A stretch of 64,000 nt of DNA from positions 55,379-119,378 of the forward strand of contig JBHIAE010000003.1 in the NCBI GenBank assembly GCA_046758445.1, given 5' to 3'. The stretch is from Candidatus Thorarchaeota archaeon (GTDB taxonomy: Archaea > Asgardarchaeota > Thorarchaeia > Thorarchaeales > Thorarchaeaceae). Numbering within the stretch: position 1 is the first letter of the stretch; every line of letters begins with the position of its first letter. The notes under the pieces were generated by a model. It ran no database searches. It saw nothing but the letters and a program-made list of their open reading frames with translations, and had not been told where the DNA came from. This document shows positions 54,313 through 63,728 of this stretch, piece by piece. The position numbers were made by a program, and so were the translations under genes.

Positions 54313-56325
54313 ATGGAGTCCTTAGAACATAATGGCATCATAGTTCTCAAACCCCCAGAACCACAACGCTTTGAGATAGCTGTCCGGGGTGAACGAACAA
54401 TCCTCAACGGGCTCCAAGAGGAGATGGCTTTTGCTTGGGTGAGGAAACTTGGAACCCCACATGTTGAGGATCCCGTCTTCATAAAGAACTTCATGACTGA
54501 TTTCAGTAAAGCTTTGAAGGTAAGACCTCGCCTGGATCTTGAGGAAGTCAACTTCTCTTCGATAATAGACTTCGTTGAAGAAGAGAGAGCTGCCAAGGAA
54601 TCCATGACCAAGGAGGAGAAGAAAGCGGCAAGAGAGGCGAGAAAGGCTGAACGTGAACGCCTGAAAGAGGAGTTTGGCTACGCCTATGTCGACGGAGAAA
54701 GAATGGAACTTGGCAACTATCAGACAGAGCCATCGGGAATATTCATGGGTCGGGGACAACACCCTCTCAGGGGCCGATGGAAGCAAGGTGCGAAGGAGAA
54801 AGATATCACTCTGAATCTGAGCCCTGATGCGGAGATTCCGGAGGGGGACTGGGCCAAGATTGAATGGGCATCTGATAGTATGTGGATTGCCAAATGGACT
54901 GATGAGCTTACCAACAGCACGAAGTACATCTGGCTTCACGACAGCACCCCCATCAAGCAGGCGCGTGAGGCTGCGAAGTTTGACACCGCTATGAAAGTGG
55001 CCAAGAATCTAGATTCTATTCGGGCACACATAATGGACGGCATTCATTCCGAGAAGCCCAGGAGAAGGATGCTTGCAACAGCATGTTACCTGATAGATAT
55101 GTTGAACCTTAGGGTGGGTGACGAGAAAGATCCAGATGAGGCTGACACTGTTGGTGCAACCACTCTAAGGGTAGAGCATCTGACCTTCAGGAGGGCTTCA
55201 GTTGTCTTCGACTTTCTAGGCAAGGACAGTGTTGCATGGCATAAGGAAATTGAATTACCATCCGACGTGTACGACACGCTCCACGAGCTCTACGAGAACG
55301 CACTTGAAAGAGTCGAGTCCTACGAGTCAAGAAGGCGTAGGACGACCCACTCTGATTCCAAGAAACCAGCACAAATCTTCCCAAGCATAGGGAGTGGTCA
55401 CGTCAACCGTTTCTTGAGCGAGGTCGACAAGAATCTGACCGCAAAGGTCTTCAGAACCTTCCATGCCACGTTGACAATGCAGGATGAGCTCGCAAAGAGA
55501 AAGACAAGACGTGCTGACCCGGACTTTGTGAAGAAGGAGGCTGTCAAACGGGCTAACCTAGAGGTCGCAAGAGTGATGAACCACACCAAGCAGGCCCCAA
55601 AGGGCTGGCCTCGCACTACCGAACGTTACCAGGAGAGAATCAAGAAGGCGGATGAACGAATCAAGAGGGCTGAGTCTGTTCTCAGGGAAAAGAAAAAGCG
55701 ACTAAGGACAATCAAGAAGAAAGAGAAAGACAGTTTCCAAAAGCGTCAGGCAACTGTTTCGAAACAGAAGGAGATTGTTGAGAGGAACAAGCAATCAGTT
55801 GCAGCTTGGCGTGAGAAACGTAATCGTGCGAAGATCACTTGGGACAATGCACGGGAAAAGAGGCGACGAACCCGAACGAGCAGGCGTAGGGGTAAGACTA
55901 CCAAGAAGCAACGCATGGAAGATGCACGGGCCCGCATAGAACGAACCAGAGAGCGTCTGGACAAGGCCGAGAGTGGCCTTGCCGTTGCAAGAACGAGGTA
56001 CAACAAGAGCAGAGCATCATTGGAGAAGAAACAGCAGTCACTTGCAGAGCTCAGAGAGAAGTCTGCTGCCCGAGTCACTCGTGTTGAGAAGATTGTGAAG
56101 ACTGCTGCTGAGCGTGTCAAGAAGGCAAAGCTTGCGAAGAAGAAGATAGAAACAGACTTTACACTGGCTAGGGACTGCCGTATCTGGAATCTGGGTACGT
56201 CTCTCAAGTCGTATGTTCATCCAAAGATAGTCTACAAGTGGTGCCGCAAGGTTGAGTATCCCTGGCGGAAGGTGTATCCAAAGACCTTGCAGAGGAAGTT
56301 TGCCTGGGTTGAGGAAACATTATAG
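54313..56325 (+). CDS. Eukaryote-type DNA topoisomerase IB with long basic coiled-coil linker
   Basis: SLEHNG, EPSGIFMGRGQHPLRG, LRVGDEKD, ADTVG, DFLGKDS, TAKVFRT, MNH, LGTSLKSYVHP (R-K-R-H-Y pentad). Confidence 0.95.
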   Translation: MESLEHNGIIVLKPPEPQRFEIAVRGERTILNGLQEEMAFAWVRKLGTPHVEDPVFIKNFMTDFSKALKVRPRLDLEEVNFSSIIDFVEEERAAKESMTKEEKKAAREARKAERERLKEEFGYAYVDGERMELGNYQTEPSGIFMGRGQHPLRGRWKQGAKEKDITLNLSPDAEIPEGDWAKIEWASDSMWIAKWTDELTNSTKYIWLHDSTPIKQAREAAKFDTAMKVAKNLDSIRAHIMDGIHSEKPRRRMLATACYLIDMLNLRVGDEKDPDEADTVGATTLRVEHLTFRRASVVFDFLGKDSVAWHKEIELPSDVYDTLHELYENALERVESYESRRRRTTHSDSKKPAQIFPSIGSGHVNRFLSEVDKNLTAKVFRTFHATLTMQDELAKRKTRRADPDFVKKEAVKRANLEVARVMNHTKQAPKGWPRTTERYQERIKKADERIKRAESVLREKKKRLRTIKKKEKDSFQKRQATVSKQKEIVERNKQSVAAWREKRNRAKITWDNAREKRRRTRTSRRRGKTTKKQRMEDARARIERTRERLDKAESGLAVARTRYNKSRASLEKKQQSLAELREKSAARVTRVEKIVKTAAERVKKAKLAKKKIETDFTLARDCRIWNLGTSLKSYVHPKIVYKWCRKVEYPWRKVYPKTLQRKFAWVEETL

Positions 56326-56347
56326 ACTAGAAACATCTCAGCCGTGA

Positions 56348-56797
56348 CTAGAGATGAAGTGAACCTGCAGGATCATTGTATAGTCTTCCTCTCATTAGGA
56401 AATCCCTAATTCTATGTTCTATCTCATCTCTAGTTTCTATGAACTTGGTTAGCGTTTCTTCATACGTGCCCGCAAAGGCCGCGGGGTCGGCAAGTGACCA
56501 GTGATCCATGACCTTCGCACCTGGGAAGACGGGGCACTCTCTCTTGGCACTGTCGCAGACGGTTACAACGAGATCGAACTCTTCGCCTTTGAATCTGTCA
56601 AGACTCTTCGTGTAGAGACTGGCCGTATCTGCACCACGTTGTTTCAAGACATTGACTGCGAATGGATTGACCGCACTACCCGGAGAAGTACCTGCACTGT
56701 AAGCCTCATAGTCATCACCGCCGAGTAGTCTGAGCAAGGCCTCTGATATCTGACTCCGAGCCGAGTTACCAGTGCAAAGGAAGAGCACCCGTTTCAA
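56348..56797 (-). CDS. arsC: Arsenate reductase (thioredoxin-coupled, LMW-PTP fold)
   Basis: LFLCTGNSARSQ, SAGT, TVCD...ECPVFPG, HW...DP. Confidence 0.88.
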   Translation of the reverse strand: MKRVLFLCTGNSARSQISEALLRLLGGDDYEAYSAGTSPGSAVNPFAVNVLKQRGADTASLYTKSLDRFKGEEFDLVVTVCDSAKRECPVFPGAKVMDHWSLADPAAFAGTYEETLTKFIETRDEIEHRIRDFLMRGRLYNDPAGSLHL

Positions 56798-56987
56798 GAC
56801 TCGTATCTCCTTGACATAATCACTGATTCCAACTGATTGGCTTTTAATTCACATGCATAGGTACCATAATCAGAGCCGTTCGTGATGTCCACGAACAGTC
56901 CGTATTGTTCTGCCCTGCTAATGTGACATTGGCATAGATTGATAATCCATCTTATTGAAGACCTGAACAAGTCATGCTGCCAAGGGA

Positions 56988-57977
56988 GTGGTCGTATTGG
57001 AGTATGAACGCAATCTCATCGAATTGGGCAAGAAGGAAACTGCTATGTTGAGCTGGTCTTCTGAAGGAGTTCTTACGGTTGGCCTATCCAACGGCGCGGT
57101 CCAACTGTATGAATCTGGAGAACTGACCGCTGTTCTAGGGAAACATTCCAAGGCTGTATCATCAATCGCTTGGAGTCCGAACGGAGAGTTTCTCGCCACT
57201 GGTGCTAGGGATAACACGATAATCCTATGGAAACAAGACAAGGAAGAAGCAGTCCTGAAGGGACATACAGGCCCTATCTATCAAGTGGCATGGAGTCCCG
57301 ATTCTGAGATATTGGCGTCATGTTCTGGAGATAAGTCAGTCTTGCTTTGGAGGGGTGAAAAGCCTCTAACCAAAATGGTGGGACACACTGGTGCTGTCAC
57401 GAGTCTGTCCTGGAGTCCCAATAGCAAACTGCTGGCATCAGGCTCAGCAGACTCCACAGTCCGACTCTGGAATCGAGATGGAACTGTCGAAGCTGTGCTA
57501 GAGGGTCACACGAAGGCCTTGGCACGGGTGGCCTGGCATCCAGAGATTGATTCCAAGCTGCTAGCTTCAAGCGCTTATGATTTCAACGTTCGTCTCTGGA
57601 AGGGCGGCAAGGAGCATGCTCTCCTGGAGGGACACAAAGACCGTGTCTTCGGTCTAACATGGAGTCCTGATGGGCGGACTCTGGCCTCTGGAGGTGGTTT
57701 CAAAGACGCTGATATCAGACTGTGGAATCGCGAGGGGGCCTCAATAGCAGTCCTGAAAGGACACACTAGTAGCATTTACCAGCTGAAATGGAGACCTCAA
57801 GGAGACATTTTGGCATCCTCATCTTTTGATTCAACGGTACGATTGTGGCGCGAGAATCAGGAAATCACGACCCTCACAGGACTCAAAGGTCCCGCCCTCG
57901 GACTCGATTGGAGTCCAGACGGTCAGTCCATTGCTTCTGCAGGAACTGGGAAGGTTGGCGTATGGACACTGCAATAG
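56988..57977 (+). CDS. WD40-repeat beta-propeller protein
   Basis: About seven LxGH..V..VAWSP....LAS.S.D.TVRLW repeats. Confidence 0.93.
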   Translation: MVVLEYERNLIELGKKETAMLSWSSEGVLTVGLSNGAVQLYESGELTAVLGKHSKAVSSIAWSPNGEFLATGARDNTIILWKQDKEEAVLKGHTGPIYQVAWSPDSEILASCSGDKSVLLWRGEKPLTKMVGHTGAVTSLSWSPNSKLLASGSADSTVRLWNRDGTVEAVLEGHTKALARVAWHPEIDSKLLASSAYDFNVRLWKGGKEHALLEGHKDRVFGLTWSPDGRTLASGGGFKDADIRLWNREGASIAVLKGHTSSIYQLKWRPQGDILASSSFDSTVRLWRENQEITTLTGLKGPALGLDWSPDGQSIASAGTGKVGVWTLQ

Positions 57978-58027
57978 GCTGAGATCTGTCACAAAGAATG
58001 AAATAGAGGGAGCCGAGTTTTCAGAGT

Positions 58028-59014
58028 ATGTTGTTCGAGATATCCCTAGTTGTCCTATTCTTGCTACTGATCTGGACAATATTGACTTTCAGACGTTGGA
58101 AACGAAGTTTATCTTCGATACTAGAGCGCAACAGCGAAATCGCAGTAACATCAGCTGGGGAGATCGAGTACGCTCTCAAAGGTACTGGTCCGGTCATACT
58201 ATTCCTTCACGGAGGTCCTGGTGGATATGACCAGGGTCTACTTGATTATGAGATGTGGAATGAAGGAGGGTTCTCGGTTCTATCTATCTCCAGACCAGGA
58301 TATCTTCGAACACCACTCACTACAGGAGTGACCTTTGAAGAACAGGCTGATGCTGTTGAAGCATTACTGGTGAGTTTGGGGATATCAGAGGTTGCAGTTC
58401 TTGGTGCTTCCGCGGGAGGACCCATAGCTCTACAGCTTGCCTTGTGTCATCCAACGCGGGTCAAAGCACTAATTCTAATGGCAGCCGTCAGCCAAGAATA
58501 CATTGTAAGTGAGAGTCAGATGGAGTCGACTATGGCTAAGATATTCCTCTCAGATTCAATGGTCGACATAGGAGTGTGGATATTTGATATCCTGACCAGA
58601 CGTTGGCCGTCCTTGTCGCTGAAGATGAGTTCCAAGGAAACTGTTGGTCTGGATTCCGATGATTTGAATGACTATGTGAAGCAAGTGCTGTCCATCTCCG
58701 AACAGGTTTTGTGGTTTAAGAGATTCATCCGCACTACATGCCCGATGAGTTCAAGGATGGTGGGGCTTAACAATGACCTCGAACAACTAGAACGAGTATC
58801 TTTTGAGAACTTGGAAGAAATCATGTGTCCTACATTGGTCGTTCATGGAACAGTTGACACAGATGTTTCATTTTCAAATGCTGAGTTTTCAGCCAATTCA
58901 ATACCAAATGCGAAGTTGCACAGAATTGAAAATGTAGGACATATTGTCTGGTTAGGAAGACATGTTTCTAAGATGAACTCGGACCTTCTTGAGTTTCTAA
59001 GGGAGTCAATGTAG
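58028..59014 (+). CDS. Membrane-anchored alpha/beta hydrolase
   Basis: N-terminal TM, HGGPGG, GASAGG nucleophile elbow, HG..D, GH. Confidence 0.9.
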   Translation: MLFEISLVVLFLLLIWTILTFRRWKRSLSSILERNSEIAVTSAGEIEYALKGTGPVILFLHGGPGGYDQGLLDYEMWNEGGFSVLSISRPGYLRTPLTTGVTFEEQADAVEALLVSLGISEVAVLGASAGGPIALQLALCHPTRVKALILMAAVSQEYIVSESQMESTMAKIFLSDSMVDIGVWIFDILTRRWPSLSLKMSSKETVGLDSDDLNDYVKQVLSISEQVLWFKRFIRTTCPMSSRMVGLNNDLEQLERVSFENLEEIMCPTLVVHGTVDTDVSFSNAEFSANSIPNAKLHRIENVGHIVWLGRHVSKMNSDLLEFLRESM

Positions 59015-59184
59015 CCGAAGAGCCGATACTTACTGGGCTGAAAATCCGCGATAAAGCCCCATGCAGATCTTCAGTGAGAAGCCAATTCGTGATTCTGTGC
59101 TAATTCATGTGATATTGGCAGTACTCACAGCTCAAGTTGGAGGGTTACGAACTAGGATAGAGCAGTATTTGCTGGAAAAGGAGA

Positions 59185-59292
59185 TGGTGCGCTCGCCGGG
59201 ATTCGAACCCGGGCCGGATCCGTTCTACGGTTCCGAGGGATAAACCCCCGCGCATTGGCAGGGATCCATCATAGCCCCTAGACAACGAGCGC
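59185..59292 (-). tRNA. tRNA-Gly(GCC) with 33-nt canonical 37/38 intron (59223-59255)
   Basis: GCGCTCG/CGAGCGC acceptor; GATCC-CT-GCC-A|intron|C-GGATC; central helix CTGC/GTAG with AAC bulge (relaxed BHB). Confidence 0.9.
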
Positions 59293-59385
59293 GTCGAAGC
59301 ACATCGCGATGGTGAGCGTTAAAAAGCTTATCAAGGGCCTAGCATTACGCATTTTCCACGTAAGTCCAGATGGAGCTGCTAAGCA

Positions 59386-60459
59386 CTGACTGAACAGGTC
59401 ACGAGCAAGAGGCTGGAATGGATTGACATCTCAAAAGGCGCCGGAATAATCTTTGTGATTCTACCCCATTCCATGATACCGTGGCAGGACAATGCAATTC
59501 AGTGGTCAGTGATTGCGTTTGTAACTAGTTTTGTCATGCCACTGTACTTTATCCTAGCCGGCCTGACATACAATGGGGAAAAACATCGCGAAAGTCTCAG
59601 GAATTATGCTATCTCCCGTGGAGGCCAGCTCTTGATTCCGTATTTCGCTATTTACATCATTATGATGCTCCTATTCGTTCCACTGGAAGGTTCAATTGAT
59701 ACCTATCTTACGCCCATTGATTTAGTCTTCTGGCTTCTCTATGGGGCGGGACCACCTGGTCAACCTACCTACTTGTGGTTCCTGCCTGTTCTATACTTTG
59801 GATTGCTAATCTTCGTTGCAATTGAGTCGGTGACGCACACCTATGACCCAAGAGTAAAATGGCCACTTGTTGCTCTTTTCCCGTTTCTTGCTTTTTGGAT
59901 AACTGATGTTTTCTCTCCAATTCTCGTCCCTTGGCGATTGAACAGTGTGCTACTAGCCGCAGCATTTTGCATCATTGGCCATGAGATTAGAAGGTATAGG
60001 GGTCTGAAGTCCTGGCACACAGACTCAAGAATACGCGATGGAGCAATCCTCGTGTTTCTGTTTGTCTTCTTAATACCTGCATCTCAGTATAATGGCTTCA
60101 TTAGTAACGCTGATGATTGGCTTGGCACAAATGGATGGTTATTCATAGTCACTGGCACCTTTGGAACGATCTTCATCTTCATGCTATCGAGCCTCTCAGA
60201 GTACTCCATAGTTAGCAGAAAGATGCAATTTCTTGGAGTGGGCTCTCAGGTCATCTATGAAGTTCATCCCATCTTCTTCTATCTAGTTCCTCTTATTGTA
60301 AGTCTGTTCGGATTCTCAGCAACAGACTATGCCACCTCATTCGCACTCTTCTGGCCCATACGTTTCGTCTTTGCTCTTGGACTGTCAATTCCATTCACAC
60401 TACTTGTGTACAGAAACAGACTTCTCTCCTTGATTCTCACTGGCAAAAGCGAAACATGA
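59386..60459 (+). CDS. Acyltransferase family 3 membrane protein (CTG start inferred)
   Basis: In-frame upstream KRLEWIDISKGAGIIFVILPH is the AT3 signature; FVMPLYF, LLIPY, LWFLP. Confidence 0.85.
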   Translation: MTEQVTSKRLEWIDISKGAGIIFVILPHSMIPWQDNAIQWSVIAFVTSFVMPLYFILAGLTYNGEKHRESLRNYAISRGGQLLIPYFAIYIIMMLLFVPLEGSIDTYLTPIDLVFWLLYGAGPPGQPTYLWFLPVLYFGLLIFVAIESVTHTYDPRVKWPLVALFPFLAFWITDVFSPILVPWRLNSVLLAAAFCIIGHEIRRYRGLKSWHTDSRIRDGAILVFLFVFLIPASQYNGFISNADDWLGTNGWLFIVTGTFGTIFIFMLSSLSEYSIVSRKMQFLGVGSQVIYEVHPIFFYLVPLIVSLFGFSATDYATSFALFWPIRFVFALGLSIPFTLLVYRNRLLSLILTGKSET

Positions 60460-60598
60460 TTCAGGTTTACAGTAATCAAACTCGCTTTCTGTTGTATACG
60501 ACGCTAGAGAAGGTGTAATTGCATCCAGTTCTAGAATCATCTTTGCAAGTAGTCTTCCGTCTGAATCCTTGTGTAGCTTGAAAGATGAATCACCCAGC

Positions 60599-61675
60599 TT
60601 AGCGTAGCCCCGCCAGCTGCTTGATCTTCAACAATCTGAAAGTCGATTCGCACTCAAGCGCGAGATCTCGTCGTCGATTCTCCTCTAGAGCCATATAGGC
60701 ACCGTTTGTCCAGTAACCGGTCTTCTTCTCGGTCATCCATGATTTGGGGAACAAATAAGTGTCACGCCTAGTGCGATGTGATTCCAAGAAGTCTATTACG
60801 CGTCTGAACCAATCACTTTGTTTCGTGGCTTCGAAGGGTGCCATCATCTCTAGAGCAAGCAAGAGGTCTGGTTTGGTTTCTTCTTGAGGCGATACAAAGT
60901 AGTTCGGAAGATGGACGCTCCATCCAATCACGTAGTATCTGCTACCATGTTTCATCAAGCCATAGCCAGGCTGAAGCTGTTGGTATTCTGGACTTAGCAC
61001 CAGTTCTGCGATTCTCTCGGCCTTATCTTTCATTTCTGGACTCTGCAGTATCTCCTTGGAACTGGCAAAGGCGCGAAGATCGTGCACCCAGGGAAGAATC
61101 AGCTTCTGACCGAAATATAACTCCGGATTGACGAGTTTGTGGCGCCTCATGGACTCTGGGATTGAGAACTCCTTCTCGTCTACGTAGACTTTCTCAAGAA
61201 TCTGACTCTCCGCAAATGAGTGGATCAAGTTCAATCGCTTGACCAAGACATCGTGCACGGGTCTTGTATCGTGATAGCCAGTATAAGCCAAGAAAGAGGC
61301 GACGATTGTTCTAAGAAAGACCCTAAACGGATGTCCAATCTCGGGCTCAATCCCCTCTGATAGCCAGACTCTGAACGGGAGAGTCATGCCATCAAATGGT
61401 TGTAGTCCTGCACGCATTCCGAGCTGTCCAAGCTTCCCCATGACATTCTCAAAGGCCGCGGGACTGCTTGAATGTATCTCTTTCATCTCAAAACTCGGAT
61501 TTAATCTCTCCAACCATGTCATTACAATCTTACTCTCAAGAAAGTCGTCCAAGGCTTGGCTGACCTTGTTCACATCCTGCTCCTCAATGAGCTCGACAAC
61601 TGTACGAAAACGGATTACTGGCCCCGCATGGTCAAGAAGCCATTGTGCCAACTCATTAGAACTCAATGAAGCCAC
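60599..61675 (-). CDS. Hypothetical helical protein (alpha/alpha-toroid-like)
   Basis: Long ORF; WLL...GPVIRFRT start and ESTFR.L end. Confidence 0.6.
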   Translation of the reverse strand: MASLSSNELAQWLLDHAGPVIRFRTVVELIEEQDVNKVSQALDDFLESKIVMTWLERLNPSFEMKEIHSSSPAAFENVMGKLGQLGMRAGLQPFDGMTLPFRVWLSEGIEPEIGHPFRVFLRTIVASFLAYTGYHDTRPVHDVLVKRLNLIHSFAESQILEKVYVDEKEFSIPESMRRHKLVNPELYFGQKLILPWVHDLRAFASSKEILQSPEMKDKAERIAELVLSPEYQQLQPGYGLMKHGSRYYVIGWSVHLPNYFVSPQEETKPDLLLALEMMAPFEATKQSDWFRRVIDFLESHRTRRDTYLFPKSWMTEKKTGYWTNGAYMALEENRRRDLALECESTFRLLKIKQLAGLR

Positions 61676-61758
61676 ATTCCTTCCAATTATCCCGTCATCC
61701 GCAATTCATAACTGGTAGTAGTATTATGAATGCATTGACCAAGGCGGTGGGCGTAAAT

Positions 61759-62469
61759 ATGTCTGAGGACCTTGCGAGTCTCAAGAAACAGATAATGCAT
61801 GAGATCTATCAGAAGCGGATGCTACTGACGTCCCTTCGGGATAGGGGGGAAGGATGGACACTGATCTCGGGGCTATGGAGTCCTTTCTACATCCAACTCC
61901 GACTACTAAGCTCCTTTCCGGAAACTCTCTCAAAGGTCGGCAAAGCGATGTCCCGGCTGCTTGAAGATGAGGCCCCCGAGGTCAACAAGATTGTCGGGGT
62001 AGCATTTGCAGGGGTACCGATAGCCACAGCAATCGCAATAGAGTCTGGACTTCCCGCCTGCCACACTCGGAAGATGGTTGGAGCCAGGACTGAGGATGAA
62101 CTTCAACGGGCAATCCAGGAGTATGGCCAACATTCGATGTTAGAAGGCGTCATAGAGGACGGGGACTCACTGTGTATTGTTGATGACCTGGTCACCCGAA
62201 TGGAGAGCAAGCTCGTTGCACGTGCTCAGATATTGGCCGAGGTTGTACGACGAAATGTAAGAAATGTTAGCTGCGACCATGTAGCGGTGGTCATCGACCG
62301 GGAACAAGGGGCAAAGGAACGCGCAGGAGAGTTCAACCTCAAATTGCATTCCCTAATTGGCTTCGTTGAGGAAGGACTTTCACTGGTTGCTGACCTAATG
62401 ACGCAAGAGGAACATAGTCTGATTAGCGAATACCTCTCTGACCCGAAGAAGTACCAAAAGAATGAGTAG
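61759..62469 (+). CDS. pyrE: Orotate phosphoribosyltransferase-like (PRT type I)
   Basis: TLISGLWSPFYIQLR, AGVPIATA, IVDDLVT, VVIDREQGA. Confidence 0.75.
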   Translation: MSEDLASLKKQIMHEIYQKRMLLTSLRDRGEGWTLISGLWSPFYIQLRLLSSFPETLSKVGKAMSRLLEDEAPEVNKIVGVAFAGVPIATAIAIESGLPACHTRKMVGARTEDELQRAIQEYGQHSMLEGVIEDGDSLCIVDDLVTRMESKLVARAQILAEVVRRNVRNVSCDHVAVVIDREQGAKERAGEFNLKLHSLIGFVEEGLSLVADLMTQEEHSLISEYLSDPKKYQKNE

Positions 62470-62560
62470 ACGCGCATCACTTCTCTCCATTCTCTTATCA
62501 CAATGAAAATGAATAGAATAGAAACTGATTTCTTCTGGATTGTATGCCTAGAAACGGGGA

Positions 62561-63034
62561 ATGAGCGAGAGAAAGGATCCTGTTCGGCATATGCTGAACC
62601 TTGCCCTGGCCACTGCACTGAATGACTTGGAGTACTATCAGCGAGCCCTGGATCAGACTCGTATTCCGGAGGCGAGGGCGCTGCTACTGGTCCTTGAGGA
62701 GTCTGAGGAAGAACTAATCGAGAAGATTGAACACATGATGGTTGCGGGTGTGATTGAGGCGGTAGCGGGGAGCAAGGAGATCAAAGCATTCTGGGAGGAA
62801 CCAAATGAGGACCCCTTTGAGTTTGCGTCACCATTCTCAGCAAGTCTTCAGTTTCAGAGATGGACAATCTGCAACGAAACCCTCGAACGCAGCCTGAAAG
62901 CTTATGGCTTCTATCTTTCAATAGCGGCTCGGGCCAAGTCGGAAGTCGTGAGTGCCCTGTTCGAGTATTTTGCATATATCAAAGCACAGCACATCAAAAG
63001 ACTACGGAAGGTTTGCGAGTCCTTCAATGATTAG
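62561..63034 (+). CDS. Ferritin-like / rubrerythrin-like four-helix protein (degenerate ligands)
   Basis: LA....YY, L...E..., FY..IA, LF......HIKRL two-repeat pattern. Confidence 0.55.
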   Translation: MSERKDPVRHMLNLALATALNDLEYYQRALDQTRIPEARALLLVLEESEEELIEKIEHMMVAGVIEAVAGSKEIKAFWEEPNEDPFEFASPFSASLQFQRWTICNETLERSLKAYGFYLSIAARAKSEVVSALFEYFAYIKAQHIKRLRKVCESFND

Positions 63035-63167
63035 TCTAGTTGGTCTTCTGTGTATTGGAGCATTCCAAATGCTGTTGGAACACGTGTTCCAGTATCATTA
63101 CATGAAACAATGCGCGAATAAAAGAAATAAAGAGATATATTTATAAGGAATTAAATATACATATTGT

Positions 63168-63647
63168 ATGCTGGCCGGGAGGCCTAGCCCAAGGCATACC
63201 GTTCCTCGCCTCCAGTGGAAGCCAAGGGGACGGGGGGTGCCTGCATCAGAAAACGAGTTGAGATTGATGAGCAACGAGAATCCTGCGTTTCTTCCCCCAG
63301 TAGTGATTGATGATTACTCAGACTTTGAGCTGCTGGCGAAACGTGCAGCTGTTGTAGTCTACTTGCCTGAGTACTTCCACAGCCCGTTCCTAGACGATCA
63401 GAAGCGGCTGAGAAGGGTGACCCTCACGGCCCTGGGCGTGAGAATGAACGGAATAGCACTCACATTCAAGCATATTCTAGACTACAACGATCTACTTGAC
63501 TCATCCAAGGGCTGGGATGAACAGACGAAGGAGATCGACCGTATCATGACCGAGATCATGACGACTCTCGGCTCCAAGGGCAAACTAATCCGTGGATCAG
63601 TAGAAACGGAGCCTGCGCTTGGAGAGGCACTGGTCATGCGGCCGTGA
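63168..63647 (+). CDS. Hypothetical protein (start likely MSNEN, near 63267)
   Basis: ORF with globular composition following an AT-rich promoter region. Confidence 0.55.
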   Translation: MLAGRPSPRHTVPRLQWKPRGRGVPASENELRLMSNENPAFLPPVVIDDYSDFELLAKRAAVVVYLPEYFHSPFLDDQKRLRRVTLTALGVRMNGIALTFKHILDYNDLLDSSKGWDEQTKEIDRIMTEIMTTLGSKGKLIRGSVETEPALGEALVMRP

Positions 63648-63728
63648 GCCCTCCTTCCGACATCTACACAGATGCCACCCACAGCAACATTGTTATCAGT
63701 TTAGATGCGAGTATGCTATTGAATCAAG

